This document shows, piece after piece, positions 11,905-26,109 of a stretch of DNA of 64,000 nt. Origin of the DNA: Octopus vulgaris (lineage: Eukaryota); NCBI GenBank assembly GCA_951406725.2, contig OX597817.1, positions 36,208,001-36,272,000 on the forward strand. Reading direction: 5' to 3'. The notes beneath the pieces are model-generated. The model had not been told where the DNA came from and searched no databases. It worked only from the letters and a program-made list of their open reading frames with translations. The translations under genes and the position numbers were made by a program. The number at the start of each line of letters is the position of its first letter. Positions within the stretch are counted from its first letter, which is position 1.

Positions 11905-12200
11905 AGAAGGACCCCATTCAGTCATGAATGACAATGGGATTCCACCTAGAAAGTTCCCCTCTGACCCACAAATCCGGGCAAGGTTGTTTATGAGAGACCA
12001 GCAGTCACTAGCATCCCCTCTCCAACGCCACCGATGTTATCCAAGGAAAGGCAACTGATTTCGTCTGCTGAATGAACTGGAACAACGTGAAATAAAGTGT
12101 CTTGCTGAAGCAATACAACACTCAGCCCAGTCCGGGAATCGAACTCACTACCTCATGACTGTGAGCCCGACGCGCTAACTACTGAACCATGTGCCTTCAC
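11905..12200 (-). mobile_element. SINE family C (tRNA head, V-domain-like segment)
   Basis: Minus strand reads gtgaaggcacatggttcagtagttag...gagttcgattccc...gcaagacactttatttcacg; homologous to 15525 and 32865. Confidence 0.8.
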
Positions 12201-13654
12201 ATACAAAAATACATATACATATCTGTATGCGTATATGTTTAGTCATATACATCGCAATGAATAGTGAGGTTGTGTTTTGGACATGAATCATTCTGTTAGT
12301 TATCACTCAGCACCCTTGTATATATGGGTGTACGCACGCACATATATTTATATGTATATTTTATACAAGTGTGAATATTGATGTAATATCTGTTATATAT
12401 AAGTAACACGATTATGAAACAGCTGTATTCTCTCACCTCATCTCTCTTAACTGTTCTATTCATAAATACAATAAACACACACACACACATACAAACATAT
12501 ATGTATATATATCTTAATACACACTTAGAAAACTGATCGCATACATATACACATACACGCATTCACATGTTAGACCTGCTTAGTTTTAAACTCTTTAAAT
12601 ATTACATTCCAACAACTGTGGTAAAAATATATGCAACCGTTCACTCTAAATTTTATTCGTTTCAGTCTCCCATACATTTACACCATCTCTTGTCTTTTCC
12701 TTTCACTGTATAATTCTCATTTCCACAAACAATTTTTTCAGCTCAATTCCCTCCCCGCTTTTCCTTTTACTCCTTTCTCCATGTCTTGTCCCGTTCCCTG
12801 TTCCCATCAGTTTCCTCTCTCTCTTTTGCTTCTAGCTATAGGATCTCTATTGTAACCAAACGATTACACTGTTACAAGTTAGTGTAAAATTATATACAAA
12901 AATCGAATACATTTCTATTTCAACGATATTACTATAAAGTTACTCAGTATAGTTCACACTGCTCACTGATGTTTCAGCTCAAATATCGACCGTCAATATT
13001 TCTCAACAAAGGAAAAACAGTAAACTATAATTAAAGCATTATGTTAGTTATGTTTGTCATTGTGTATCTGTCTTTTCATCTTCGTCTCTTTACATTTGTT
13101 TCTGTTTCTCCATGCCATAACGAAATATTACAATGCACAATGTTTAAGTAGTAAAACTCAAGACTGTAACACATAAAATAAATATGTCAATATTTATTAA
13201 TATATAACGATTTATAATATAGGAACAAGGCCACAGTTTTGAAGTTAGGATTAGGATATTCGATTAAATCGCCTAAATCGTCTATAGCTCTAAGAACGCA
13301 AAAGGACGGAACTAAATAACTGTATACATTCTGTTCGATATTCTATCGTTTCTGCCAAAGAAAGCAGATTTAGTATTGATTGTGAACACAGGCAAGAGGC
13401 TTCAATTCTGTAGAATAAGTTTAGTCAATAATATCGACCCTAGCACTTAACTGGTATTTGAACTGAGAATGTAAGCAGCTATAACTAGATACTGCAATGC
13501 TTTTTTTTTTTTGATATTCCACATATTCCGCCAATGAGAAATATCGAAGAACGATATAGTCGTATAGTCGTACAGTATTTAGTTTAACAGCCTACAGTTT
13601 GTACTAAAGGCTCGTTAACCGACTTCACCATGTATGGACGGTAGCGGATTGATA

Positions 13655-13887
13655 AGGTGACGAGCTGACAGAAACGTTAGCACACCGGGCGAAATGCTCT
13701 GTGGTATTTCGTCTGTCGCTACGTTCTGAGTTCAAATTCCACCGAGGTCGACTTTGCCTTTCATCCTTTCGGGATCGATTAAATAAGTACCAGTTACGCA
13801 CTGGAGTCGATATTATCGACATAATCTGTTTGTCTGTCCTTGTTTGTCTCCTCTGTGTTTAGCCCCTTGTGGGTAGTAAAGAAATAG
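13655..13887 (+). mobile_element. SINE family B, full length
   Basis: Matches 8347-8578 end to end. Confidence 0.9.
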
Positions 13888-14439
13888 GTAGCGGACTGGT
13901 AATATGGTTAAAGATACTTACGGAATTAGTCACAGCTCTTTACAAATTCTGTAGTAGTCAACCTTGCTCTTTCTCTAATAGCAGTAGCCTGAGTGCACAG
14001 AAATTCAAATACTATCCCTTATCATTCAACGAAACGTTACATTTTTTAATAGAAATAGTCATAAGAACTCACCAGTTGGCGAGCAGGTGGGAAACTCCCA
14101 TTATCACACGCACACACTCAAGCACACATTATCTCTGTCTCCTGGAAAGTCCATGGCTGTGTGTAAAAGAAAATACAGGAGACTCCGTTAATTAGGATTT
14201 TATTCAACATATTCCCCTCTCAGACTCACAGGCTTACTGCGCCTGCCCTTCAGTTTCTCTAAGCCCTGTAAAAGAACTCGGAAGGTTGGGTCTCCAAGAG
14301 GGCCTTTCAGGAACTTTTCAGAAACCCCTCATCGCTCTCTCTCTCCCTCTCTCCACACACATACACATACACACATATACACACACTAGCCACGGCACGC
14401 ATTTTTTCTCCTTGTTTCTCTCCTTGTTTTTGTGTGTGT

Positions 14440-14562
14440 CCCTTTCTGTAGAAGAGCGTAGGTCGAAACGTAAAAGACTTTTGCAATTCCTGAGCGTTAT
14501 ACTAATACATCTGTTTGTTTTGTAAACCGTCTTCGCCTTTTGATTTTTTGTCAATTCTCCCT
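14440..14562 (+). repeat. PLE pLTR-terminus 'family P' with degenerate hammerhead-like motif
   Basis: ctgtagaagagcgtaggtcgaaacgt...actaatacatctgtttg...aattctccc followed by (TA)n. Confidence 0.6.
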
Positions 14563-14629
14563 ATATATATACATATATATACATGTATACATATATACAT
14601 TATATATATACATTACATATCTATACATT

Positions 14630-14692
<63 letters not shown>

Positions 14693-14814
14693 ACTGTTTG
14701 GACTTTGGGTATATGTCTATTAGTATGTCGATTGAAGCATATCCACCGACCGGGTTACAATACAATTTTTGGTGAAAATTAGTCATTGATCTTGCAACAA
14801 GCACATTAGGTAGT

Positions 14815-15352
14815 TAGAAAATCTTTGTAAGAAATTAAAGTAGTTACTGTACTGAGAAGTAATGCTTATCGCCACTACAACATCGCTGATCCATACGAAC
14901 CGACGTTACTAACCGTTTTAACCCTAAGAGGAACATCATCCAGCTGGTTATCGATGCATTCTGCATCCGATATACATTGCAAGCAGGATCCCTCAATTCT
15001 AGTAGAGGACGGGACCACAAAGATCAGTGACTGATTGTCACTTATTTTTCTATATATTAAAAGCTGGGGCAGATTACTGATATCTCTAGCAGACGTACGT
15101 CCACCACTGGGGATGAGCACAAATTACTCGCAACCGTCTGGTGGTCTCGTCGTCTGCTCGAAGATGGTAGAGGTTCTCTCCCTTGCTTGCAATATATATC
15201 GGGTGTAGACTGCATTGATAACCAACTGAAGGCGGCTCCTCTTAGGGTTAAAACGGTTGTAACGTCGGTTCCTACAGAACAGTCATATTGAAGTGGCGAT
15301 AAACCTTACTTCGCAGTATAGTTACTTCTTTCATCTCTTATAGATATTTCTA
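14815..15352. repeat. Old inverted duplication, ~210-bp arms, ~105-bp spacer
   Basis: 14815-15027 aligns to the reverse complement of 15134-15352 (e.g. aaccgttttaaccctaagagga / tcctcttagggttaaaacggtt). Confidence 0.85.
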
Positions 15353-15524
15353 GTTTCTAGAATTATAATAATAATATTTTTTCATTAATCTGGAGGCTTA
15401 CTCCATATTTGAGTAGAATATAAATTTATTATTCTTTAGCAAGAATAGTATTCTCAGTGACTTCGAAGTTCCAGTCAGTTAAGCCATCATCGGACAGTTC
15501 GATTATGGCTTAGCTGCTTCTTTG

Positions 15525-15765
15525 TGGAAGGCCAGCAGTCGCCATGCACCCCAGCCTCTCCTCTCCACACCACCGATGTTATCCAAGGGAAAGGCAAAGG
15601 CCAATACAGTTCGGCATCAGTGATGCCGCAGTGATGTCAACAGCTGAGTTAACTGGAGCAACGTGAAATAAAATGTGCTCAAAAAAACAACACGCAGCCC
15701 GGTCCGGGAATCGAACTCACAACCTCACGATCTTAAATTCGATGCCCTAACTACTGAGCCATGTT
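15525..15765 (-). mobile_element. SINE family C, diverged
   Basis: Homologous to 11905-12200. Confidence 0.75.
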
Positions 15766-15874
15766 CCTATATATATATATGTATGCATATGTGTGTGTAT
15801 ACACACACACACAGACAGACAGACACAGAGACAGACAGACAGACACAGAGAGAGGGAGACAAACAAAGAGAGAC

Positions 15875-15906
<32 letters not shown>

Positions 15907-16159
15907 GAGGATTTGTATTTGAAAATGCACCTGAATTTGGGAAAAAAAAAACTTGTAATTGCTTTTAAATAAATTTATTTACATACATACCAGACTACTT
16001 TCAACAATTTTTTTATCAGTGTTATAAACGTATGGGATTTAATAAAAATTAAATTACGAAGTGGAAAACATGTTTAAATGATTAAATGTTCACAAAATTC
16101 AATAAAACCAAAAATGATGATTAAATGTTCACAAAATTCAATATCAAAAATGATCGGCG

Positions 16160-17640
16160 AAGCATTTAAAAGATGTGGATCACCAAAAGTTCAGCTTTCT
16201 GCCTGGTCATCAACCGTTCCGGTTGGTTGATTCTCTTCAACAGTCAGTTTGTTCTGATTGGAGGTAAGTTTCATTGGTCTAGAGATAGGTAACGTTATCA
16301 GCTGGTGTTTGTATGGTGTTATTGTATGGTGATTGAGAGTTACGGTTTCGAAACCCGAGGAGTCTGTTACTAAAGTTTTCGAATTATGTCTGTTGTATCT
16401 ACTTGTCTTTTGTGGAAAAATTGAGCCTTTTCTTTTCTTAAGTGTTTCTCCTCCTTTCTAAAGGATTTATCAGTGGTTTTTATTTTTAATAAGAATGCTT
16501 TCCTTATTCAATCGGAATTGGGCTGAATTTTTTCCTGGTGCATTGATAGACAGGAAATATTTGGTATTTCGGGCTTATGTTTGCGGGGCGTTGGTTTAGG
16601 TGTTTGCTTGCGGGAATTTTACTGGCTGTGGGGTCCCGAATTTGTTATCTGTGTACCGTCAGTCTCCCTCAAAGTCAAACTAGTTTGATCTATGTAGTTT
16701 CCATGGCACACACCACTTTTGAGGGCATAGATTAAATTCTTCGATGCACAAGTGAAGTGACTTTTGATGGTAAAAGTTTGACCTGATTTAAATTAATATG
16801 TTGATCCCCTTCGCAAAGAAGTCCTGCAGTTAGGGCGGTTGCATTTTTTACTAATGAGGTTGTATCTTTGGTAGGGAATTTGGCACGGGTGAGTAACCTT
16901 TTTAGGGTTTGCGGTTGTCTCTTGCTTTTAATAATCCTGTGTTTCCAGTCGGTTTTTCAGTCGCAGGTCATTCATAAAGAGGGGTAAATTTTTTTATGTG
17001 GATGATGTTGTATGCTTCTATGTTCCTCAGATTGTGTGTTGATACGTAAGATAAAGCTTTAAGAGTCCTAGGGTTTTCTTGTTTGCCACTACTCTTGGAT
17101 GTCTATCGTTTTTGCACGTATTATTCCGTTTCTGATTAAAGTAGCCGGGTATTTTTTTTCTTGTAATATGTTTTTAAGTTTTTGGAGTTGTTCATCTCGA
17201 GTTTTGGAATTTGATGCAATCGTGAAAATTCTTCTTGCTATTTGAACGGTATATTGTTTTGAAGTAGATGTCGGTTCCAATTTCAGTATCTCATTTTATG
17301 ATTAATATGTCTAGGAAGAGTAGCTATGAGTGGCTGTATTCCATTGTAAATTGGATAATGTAGTTAATGCTATTCATTAAGTTTTTAAATTCTAAGAGCT
17401 GCTCAAGGTTATGCGACCACAGAATGAAAGTCATCCAGGTAGTGCTTTCAGTTGGTGAGTAAGTATTTTTGGAAATTACAGTCTAGAGGTGCTCGTATAT
17501 TTAGACTTCCAAGTATGCCATGAAAAGATTAACAAAAGTAAGGGCTTCCCTTGTTCCCATCGCAGAGCCTGACTTTTGTCTGTACGTGTTCTCGTTCTGT
17601 AGGATGAATTTTATTCCTTCGATGATGAATCCTTTTCGAT
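16160..17640 (-). mobile_element. Decayed Penelope-like retroelement (RT, Cys linker, GIY-YIG endonuclease)
   Basis: Minus-strand pieces: YRQKSGSAMGT..TFVNLFMAYLE, HYLDD, IARRIFTIAS..KYPATLI, CNRPNCRT, KNLIYAL..C..NYIDQTS. Confidence 0.85.
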
Positions 17641-17911
17641 TTGGTCAGTAATATAATTTGGGTTTTTTTCTTGTCAGAATTGTATGGCTTCTATTTTGTA
17701 TTTGTAAGGAATCAAAGTGTAGATGTTTATTACATCGAATGAAACCGGAAGAGAGTCCTTGCTGGTTTTGTTCAGGAGAGGGTTTAAAATGTGGGAGTAA
17801 AATATAGGGGTAATTGGGTACCAAATCACAAAATTTATTTAGTGTTTGATTTCTTCTTTTTGTCTTTTGTATATTTATATATACACACAGACACATATGT
17901 GTGTGTATATA

Positions 17912-17992
17912 GGGAGAATTCACGAAAAAACAAAAGACGAAGACAGGTGGTGTAGAAAACAAACAGATGTATTAGTATAACTCTCGAGAATT
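17912..17992 (-). repeat. PLE pLTR-terminus 'family P'
   Basis: gggagaattcacg...aaaagacgaagacaggtggtgtagaaaacaaacagatgtattagt next to a TA/TG run. Confidence 0.7.
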
Positions 17993-18062
17993 GAAAAAGG
18001 AACACAGAAAAAAACAAGGAGAGAAAAAAATGTGTGTAGTGGTTACCAATGTATCATGGCGA

Positions 18063-18117
<55 letters not shown>

Positions 18118-18334
18118 TAGGTATATATATACACACACACATATGTATATATATATATATATATATCCATATGTATATATATATGCATGCATGTATGTGT
18201 GTATGTATATATAAGAATATATCTATGTATATATGTGTATATATGTGTATATGCATATGTAAATATAAGCACATATATGTATATATATGTGTATTTATAT
18301 ATGTATATATATGTGTGTATGCATATATGTATGC

Positions 18335-18456
<122 letters not shown>

Positions 18457-18469
18457 ATGCAAACACACA

Positions 18470-18861
18470 TCTCTCTATATATAAACGGCAGTTTGTCTGT
18501 GCGTGTTTCTGTGTGTCTGTTTTCTCGTACCCTCACCCTGACCACGGCTTTCAACCGATTCTGATGAAACTTAACACACGCATAGCCCAATGTCATAATT
18601 CAAAACTACCGCAGCGAAAATTTTGAAAAGTTCCCCCAGTTCTGAAAAAAATCGATAAATTCGACATGGGGTCGAGAATAAAAAAAAAACAAACCACAGA
18701 CTGTCTAGGGGACGCAACTCAACCTCTTTTTACTCTCAAAAAAAAAAAAATTTACGATCATTTTTTTTCCATTTCTTTGCTATTTTTTGGCTATAACTCT
18801 CTAAAGATGCTTTATAGTTATTTCCCTTACAAACCTGAGCAACGCCGGGCGATACTGCTAG
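18470..18861 (+). mobile_element. Non-autonomous Helitron, second copy
   Basis: A|TC...cctgagcaacgccgggcgatactgCTAG|T; near-identical to 9071-9456. Confidence 0.92.
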
Positions 18862-19181
18862 TATACGTATATGGTTCGTGTTACATTATCTAATACAGAG
18901 CGCATGAAGAAGCCAACTAGAAATGCTTATATGATAAGGTAGAGACAATATCATTCAATAAGTAATATAGTTATTCTGGCATGTATACAAGACTTATTGC
19001 CAATTTTACTATTTGATATCAGCCCTCGCACACGCGCACATACATACACATATAAGCATATCTATCTGTCTGTCTGTCTGTCTACCCATCTATCCATCTA
19101 TCTATCTATCTACCCATCTATCTATCTATCTATCTATCTGTCTGTCTGTCTGTCTGTCTATCTGTCTATCTATTTATCTAT

Positions 19182-19253
<72 letters not shown>

Positions 19254-22199
19254 TTGTACCTACATCCTTGCACCAACATACGTGAAAAATACATGATAGC
19301 GAGAAGATCACTTGGTTTTGACGCAGTATTTCTAGTTTTCGTATCTTTTTGTATTGTCAAAGTTTAATTAGCGACGGAACTACTGCACAGATAACTCTTT
19401 TTAGGGTTTTCAAGTACGTTAGTAAGTGACGAAATTTCCCCTCCGACTGAAACGCTTGTCTAAATGCTTGCAACAAACTGAACTCCACAATAGTCTGTAA
19501 AGAGACAAAATTTAGCCGTGTCATGAATTATGTCTACTGTGCAGCAACAACATGTTTCCTTCGATTGGCTTCCACGCTGTTTCCCTCTATTTAGTTTCAC
19601 TTATAGGGCATTGATCGACTCGAAAGCATGTTAGGATCACTTACAGAAAGCCATTCAGAGCAAAATGGAATCCAAAGCCCTGTAGTTATGAAGTTAACTA
19701 TTGAGTCGTCAGATCAATTCGTTCGTCTTTTTTTTTCATTTCACACTCCATCGTCAGATGCCTGGAAAGAAATACATTTAGTTATATTTCAAAAACGTTA
19801 AACAAAAGTTGTAGAGTAAGGATATAGCTATAAGGAACCTACACGATAAAAAAAAAAAAATCTTGTTAATTCAAACAACATTGCGAAAGGTTAAAATAAA
19901 CAGAAAAACATTAACGAATTTAACTGAAATCTCAATATTATTCGCGCAACTGTATCTGTGCATACTTAACACGAAACGAGAGCGAAATAATTCAGCGACC
20001 TGATGTGACTTATTTCTCGTGGATATTCCAACATTAAGTGTTATCAAAATAAACAACCTTTGAAGAAGGCATGATTGCCACAACTTTACCGTTTCCTCCC
20101 CTTGGAACTTAACCACCTACAGAAATCAGATCAATATTTGATTAAGTAGATGAGCGTCGTTCAACCAGTGTTGTCGTTTCGGTTTCTAGTTGTAGCCAGT
20201 GTACTACACTTACTGCGTTGAGTCTTTTGGGAATGGAAACTACGTCACTTTGCCGGAGAACATTTTTTCCTTTCTATAAATGATTATTGTTTCTTGTTGT
20301 TTGAACAAATATTACATTCTTCCATTGTTTTTATTTAACACGCTGGAAGATTTCCAACTATATCTTTCTTAAATCTGTCGGATAAAGATCTAAAGATCTA
20401 TTAAATAGATTATTTTCAAATTATTGCTTGTCAAAACGTATTTTCTACAGACTGTGCAAGTCATTAACACAAAAGGTGCTTGAACTAGTCAATATTTATG
20501 TGTTCATTGATTTCCCTGTATTCTCGAAAAAAGAAACCGTACAAACATGGTGGTTATATTTGTTTAGCGCCAGCTCAACTCTAATCGGGCTGTTCTGTAC
20601 TTAAAACATTCCAGCTGTGACAATAACGTATTTTATTATCAGGCAGAGGATTACATGCTGTTTCTTTATGAAGAGAGAAGGTAGTAATTTGAGAGAGACA
20701 TAGTTGCTATTTCTAGCGGGTTAAGCGATCCTGTTGAGGTTTCTTGTTGCCTTATATATATATTGGTATTATAATATGGTCATGGACACTCCTTCGACTT
20801 CCATCATAATTAGCTTTCTACTTGACTTGCCGTTTATAATGATGTTTAATTGCAATCTTTTTGCAGTAGATTTTAAGATCAAATTTCATAAGAGACGGGT
20901 GTATAGTTAATGGTAATTATTTATCACGCAGCTGGGATGAAATGCAAAGGGAACCACAAGCGTGATTAGAACACGAAAATATAGGACCGAAGATAATTAC
21001 TGCTATACATTTTTACCTACTCAATAACTTGAATATTTATCAGAGTGAGGGCTCAAATGTTATGAAAAAGAAAAAAAAAAGAAAAAAGGAGAAAATGATT
21101 TTGGTTAACTGAAATCGTGACATATCCGCGGGACCTGTTTGAACCTCTCTCTCTCTCTCTTGCTCTGTCTGTTTGTCTCTCTCTCTCTCTTTCTCTCTCT
21201 CTCTTCAGTAAATATTGCATGACTTTGAATCTATAGTAGTACTATAAGAAATCCGTTCGCTGATAATTACTTATAATTGGTGAGTTTAATGTATGGATGT
21301 TGCAAACTAAAGGATAACAGAGATGAATGGAGATCTCTTTCTCGAACCACCTATCGAAACGGGTCCTTGTAGTCATATACAAGCTTCGAGAAGGACACTT
21401 GAAGTTAACAATATAAGCTTAAGAAACAACAGTGAGGGATTGCACAGTACTTCCACCTTTGACATGGGTGACATGCACCTACGTTTTGGTACATATTTAT
21501 CACAAGGTGGACTGGGTCATTTGTCCCTTCACTGATTTACAAAAAAAATGTGATAAAAGTTACATATTTTTCAGGTAAAGTCGACACTCAGTATACGTCA
21601 CTAATACCATGGGAGATGTACTCCACTTTGCTTTTATCGATTTCCTTGACAATACAAGGTTTTGTGAGGAATTAAAGAAAATGAAAATATCAGGAACAAC
21701 ATCAATAGAACGAGATCTGAAATTCTTGTGACTAGAGAACACAACATCTTTCAGCTATTGGATTCAGCCCAATCACTCTAGTTATATTTCTATAGTGGGG
21801 ACATTATTCAGCATCATTTGGTTATATGAGGAATCTATAAAACAGTGGTATAGTCTCTTTAAACCCCGACTGAGCAGACATATGATCAAAGACGTTCCAG
21901 TCATGGCCATTTCGACTTTCTAGCACCATATTATTCAATGTATACTTTCTTCTACTAAATGGTGTAGGGTAGTGTGATATGAGGGAAATTTTCCTGCTAT
22001 CTCTATCAAAAACGAGTCGTCAGAAATATGGTGGAATAATGGACAAAACTAAAAAGGCAGTATCCCAGCTTATACCAAGATCAAATGATCAAATGCATTG
22101 TTTTTCTTTTTAATGCAGCGAGAAGTGATTTAAAGATAATGTGGCAATTTCTAGATGCTCGAGCACCGCGTTGAGGCCCCCACATTAGTTTAATCAAAT

Positions 22200-22343
22200 T
22201 GGTAAGTAGCCTGCTTACCAACCACATGGTTCCGGGTTCAGCCCACTGCGTGGCACCTTGGGCAAAGTGTCTTCTACTATAGCCTCGAGCTGACCAAAGC
22301 CTTGTGAGTGGATTTGGTAGACGGAAACTGAAAGAAGCCTGTC

Positions 22344-22407
<64 letters not shown>

Positions 22408-22617
22408 ATAAGTTTGTGTGTCTGTGTTTGTCCCCTCCAACATCGCTTGACAACCGATGCTGGTGTGTTTGTGCCCCCGTAACTTAGCGGTTCGGGGAAA
22501 GAGACCGATAGAATAAGTACTAGGCTTACAAAGAATAAGTCCTGGGGTCGATTTGCGCGACTAAAAGCGGTGCTCCAGCATGGCCGCAGTCAAGTGACTG
22601 AAACAAGTAAAAGAGTA
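22200..22617 (+). mobile_element. SINE family A
   Basis: Near-full match to 3491-3932. Confidence 0.92.
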
Positions 22618-23780
22618 TTTCATCAACGTTAGAATATTGAAAAGCAACACTCCACCCCAGATTTGAACAGAAAAAGAACGATGATAATGATGTATGCAGA
22701 ACTTAATGCAACTTTAAAGAAATGCAATAATTTAGTGAAGAGATAAAATTCCATTGAAATTTTTCCCATATATTTTCTTTCAAGACTACTTTTAATGAAA
22801 ACAGCTGTAAATAGCAACCACAACAATTTCAAAAACAGATACTGTGTTTAGTTTTTTTCAATGACAATGCTCTTAACTATATGGATATTATAATTCATGT
22901 AAACATGTAGAGAATGTGAGTTTTATTTTGACTATGCTCATAATCATATATATTCTTAGGGATTGGTTTATGGGATATTATGACTTTTCCCATACTTTTC
23001 GGTTGAGCGTTGCTGAAGTCGACTTTAACATACAAACTTAGAGAACCAAGAAATAAGTATCAGTTATGTTGTGAGTGATCCTACTTAATTGACTACAGTC
23101 ATACCTATAGCTTACTGGTTTGCTTTTAAACCAACCACATAGTCTGGTGTTTGATCAAACTGCCTGGAATCGTGAGCATACTTTTATACTATAGCTTCGG
23201 ATTGAGTCAGTAATCTTTTATGAAATTTGATTGGGAAAAACTGAAGCTCGTCTGATGGCCTAGACATATTGTTGGTGGGTTAATATACTTAATTTGTTGC
23301 TCAATTTGACACCATCACGCAACCTTTAGTTAACTTTTGCGAAGCGTTCTGTTGCAAGCATTCAATCCAAGATTCTGGTTTGAGGATATACTGTACTGTA
23401 TTATCCATCATTTTCCCAACCACTCTGAAAAGTTCCCCAAAATGGTCATGATCGCTGCCTGTCTTCTCTGAATATGCCATGCAATACAAAAATCGATTTT
23501 AGTTTATTCTTTCATTCCTATAGATTTGTGCTTAGGAGAAATTAATATTTAAGAGCTGAAGCAAAGTGGAAATAGTTTACCATACAGAGGGCTATGCTAA
23601 ATACCTGACTGCATTTAAGTTGCTTCTTAAAGATGAAGAGACATACTTGCAGAAATAATTGTCGCCTTTTAACCCCTCAAAAACGTTAAAATATTTATCA
23701 GTAATTTGCTGGTGACAGATTAAATCCCCTATAAATATTAGCAAAGTAATGAAAAAAGTCAGACAAGGTAAATACCTTTG

Positions 23781-24312
23781 TATTGGGTCGTCCATAAAGT
23801 TTGTGCCGATTTATAGTAGCTTACCTTTTGACTTATTTTAGAACATGGTTGAGTCCATAAAATAAGATTTGACTACACGTCTATTTAGAGCACAGTTTAA
23901 GCTATCTTTTCGTGGAAGAAGGTTTATGTTCCTATAACCTGTGTTAATTTTCGGCACTTGATGTTTTGGGAACCAGATAAAAATTGCTGCAGCTCGGCTG
24001 GGATGCGCTGCCCCACCCTCCATATTCACCAGATATTGCTCCTTCGGATTTCCACTTATCCAGGTCTCTGCAGAATAGTCTTAATGGTAAAAATTTAAAT
24101 TCCTTCGATGACGTAAAAATATACCTTGGTGAATTCTTTGCCATGAAACCACCTAAATTCTGGGAAGAGGGTATTTTCAAGTTAAAGGAAAGATGAAGAG
24201 GCATTGTGCAACAAAATGGTTCATATTTGGTTGATTAAAAGTGTAATGGCAAGTATTTAATGACCTTTTTCTTTCTTTAAAAATCGGCACGAACTTTTCG
24301 GACAACCCAATA
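23781..24312 (+). mobile_element. Mariner deletion derivative, second copy
   Basis: TA + TIRs; ORF 23984-24196 LPHPPYSPDIAPSDFHLSRSLQNSL..KPPKFWEEGIFKLKER. Confidence 0.92.
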
Positions 24313-25324
24313 TTATAAGGAGTCGAGTTCCAGACCGAGTTTCGATTTTAAATCGATATCAGTCTATTTCACTTATGTGCCGACTGTCCTCAGGAATTGA
24401 TTTAGGAGAAATCATTCTCGTTTGAACTGTTCTTTATAACACTGAGGCGTTTTTGAAAATTAAGGAATCAATATTTAAGAAATCGTTGTGATAATATACT
24501 AGTTATTGTTTGTATTTGTCTAGTCATATAAAGTCTACACTTTTAGTGCCATTGAAATTGAATGTTGTGAGGTTCATGCATTTCCAAATGATATAAGTAG
24601 CCTGACGAAACTAAATAATCTTCAAATGCGAATCAAAAGCAAATCAGCTCTACTATTGCACACGATAGATATTATTTATTAGATCGATCTTCACCTTACT
24701 TGTTGATTACACCTAGTTGACTCAGTACGTTCGTCTATAGTAAATTCAATTTATTTAGCTTTTTCCAGATAAGAAACAAAGCACAAATGATAAAAAAATA
24801 CTAATTGAATGTAGCATACAAATTTCTTCATGAGATTAGTTAATATAAAATTCTGTAACTTTTGTTTTTTTTTTATTAAAAAATGAAGAAAAGTAGTTTT
24901 GTCTCACGATACCAATTTAACGTGATTATCTCGTCAGAAAACAACCTTTATGTATCAGTCGGCAAAGTAAACATTCGAAGTTAAAAAATTCTCCGGCAAC
25001 TGTCCTTGGCATTTGTTGATAGTTAATGCAAAACATTCGACTCGCTTAGTTGAGAAGGTCGATGTCTCTTCCTCACTACATCGTTTTTCATATTCAGGAA
25101 GAAAACAGAATTTTTGTTTACGAAGCCTTACGGAATAGAACGAAGAGACTGGAGATAATTAAAAGAGTTTATTGATAGGAATGGAAATCAAACGAGTTCA
25201 AAAACACAATTCCCGCCACGGAATATAAATATATTGTTCTGAAAAATATAAATATTTCAGAACAATATAAAAGACTGTTAAAGTAAATATTGGTACAAGG
25301 CCAGCAACTCCGTGGACCGGTCCT

Positions 25325-25482
25325 GCCAGTTAAATCGACCTCAGTACTTAAATGGTACTTATTTCATTAACCCCGAAAAGATGAAAGGCAAACATCGACC
25401 TCGGCGGAATTTGAACTCAGGACGTAAAAGGAGACGATAAGCATTTTGCCCGGCGTGCTATCGATTCTACCAGTTTGCTGTC
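25325..25482 (-). mobile_element. SINE family B, diverged
   Basis: ccccgaaaagatgaaaggcaaa..gacctcggcggaatttgaactcag is the reverse complement of the core and B box. Confidence 0.78.
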
Positions 25483-26109
25483 TTACTATTAAACTAAATA
25501 TTAAAATGAAATTATTACAATCAAAGAGTGATTCATCTCCCAGGGATAAATATTGTAAAGTTAGGTATAAACCGAAGTTATGAAACTGCTGAACGGTTCT
25601 TTTTTTTTTTTGATTTTTAATAATAAAAAGGCTGTTTCATTTAATATTTAAATTAATATGAGGTTTGTCTCCCAGGGATACATATTATAAATTTATATAT
25701 ATTTACTGAAATGACGTGGTTGCTACACGATTCCTTTGCCAGATACCCGTCTTTTAATATATGATATGAAAGTGAAAGTACAATCATGGCATGCCATAAA
25801 ACGAACAGAAAAAGAAATTAAACAAGACATAAATCTTCATTTATTGGAAAAATTGTAGGCAGAACAATTTCGAAATAAAGGTGCACATGTGATGTTAATT
25901 GGTTTTTGATAAGGCTCAAAGGCCGTATAATTAAAAAAGCAACGAAATGACAAGTGTGACGGTCTTGTCTTTTCAATTGCTTTACCAATGTTAGAAAATA
26001 TAGAAAGATTAATCTTTGATTGAAACTGCATTACTTATTTCTCTAAAGCGCCTGTTGCTACGCAAGACAATATCAATCCATTTTCCTCTTTAATTGACGG
26101 CATGATAGT

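Noticed and set aside
21560-21742. PDIFIFFNS resembling a Cys-loop receptor motif
   Set aside because: No preceding W and no Cys-loop or further motifs.
23301-23489. Possible minus-strand exon
   Set aside because: No recognisable homology and a weak donor site.
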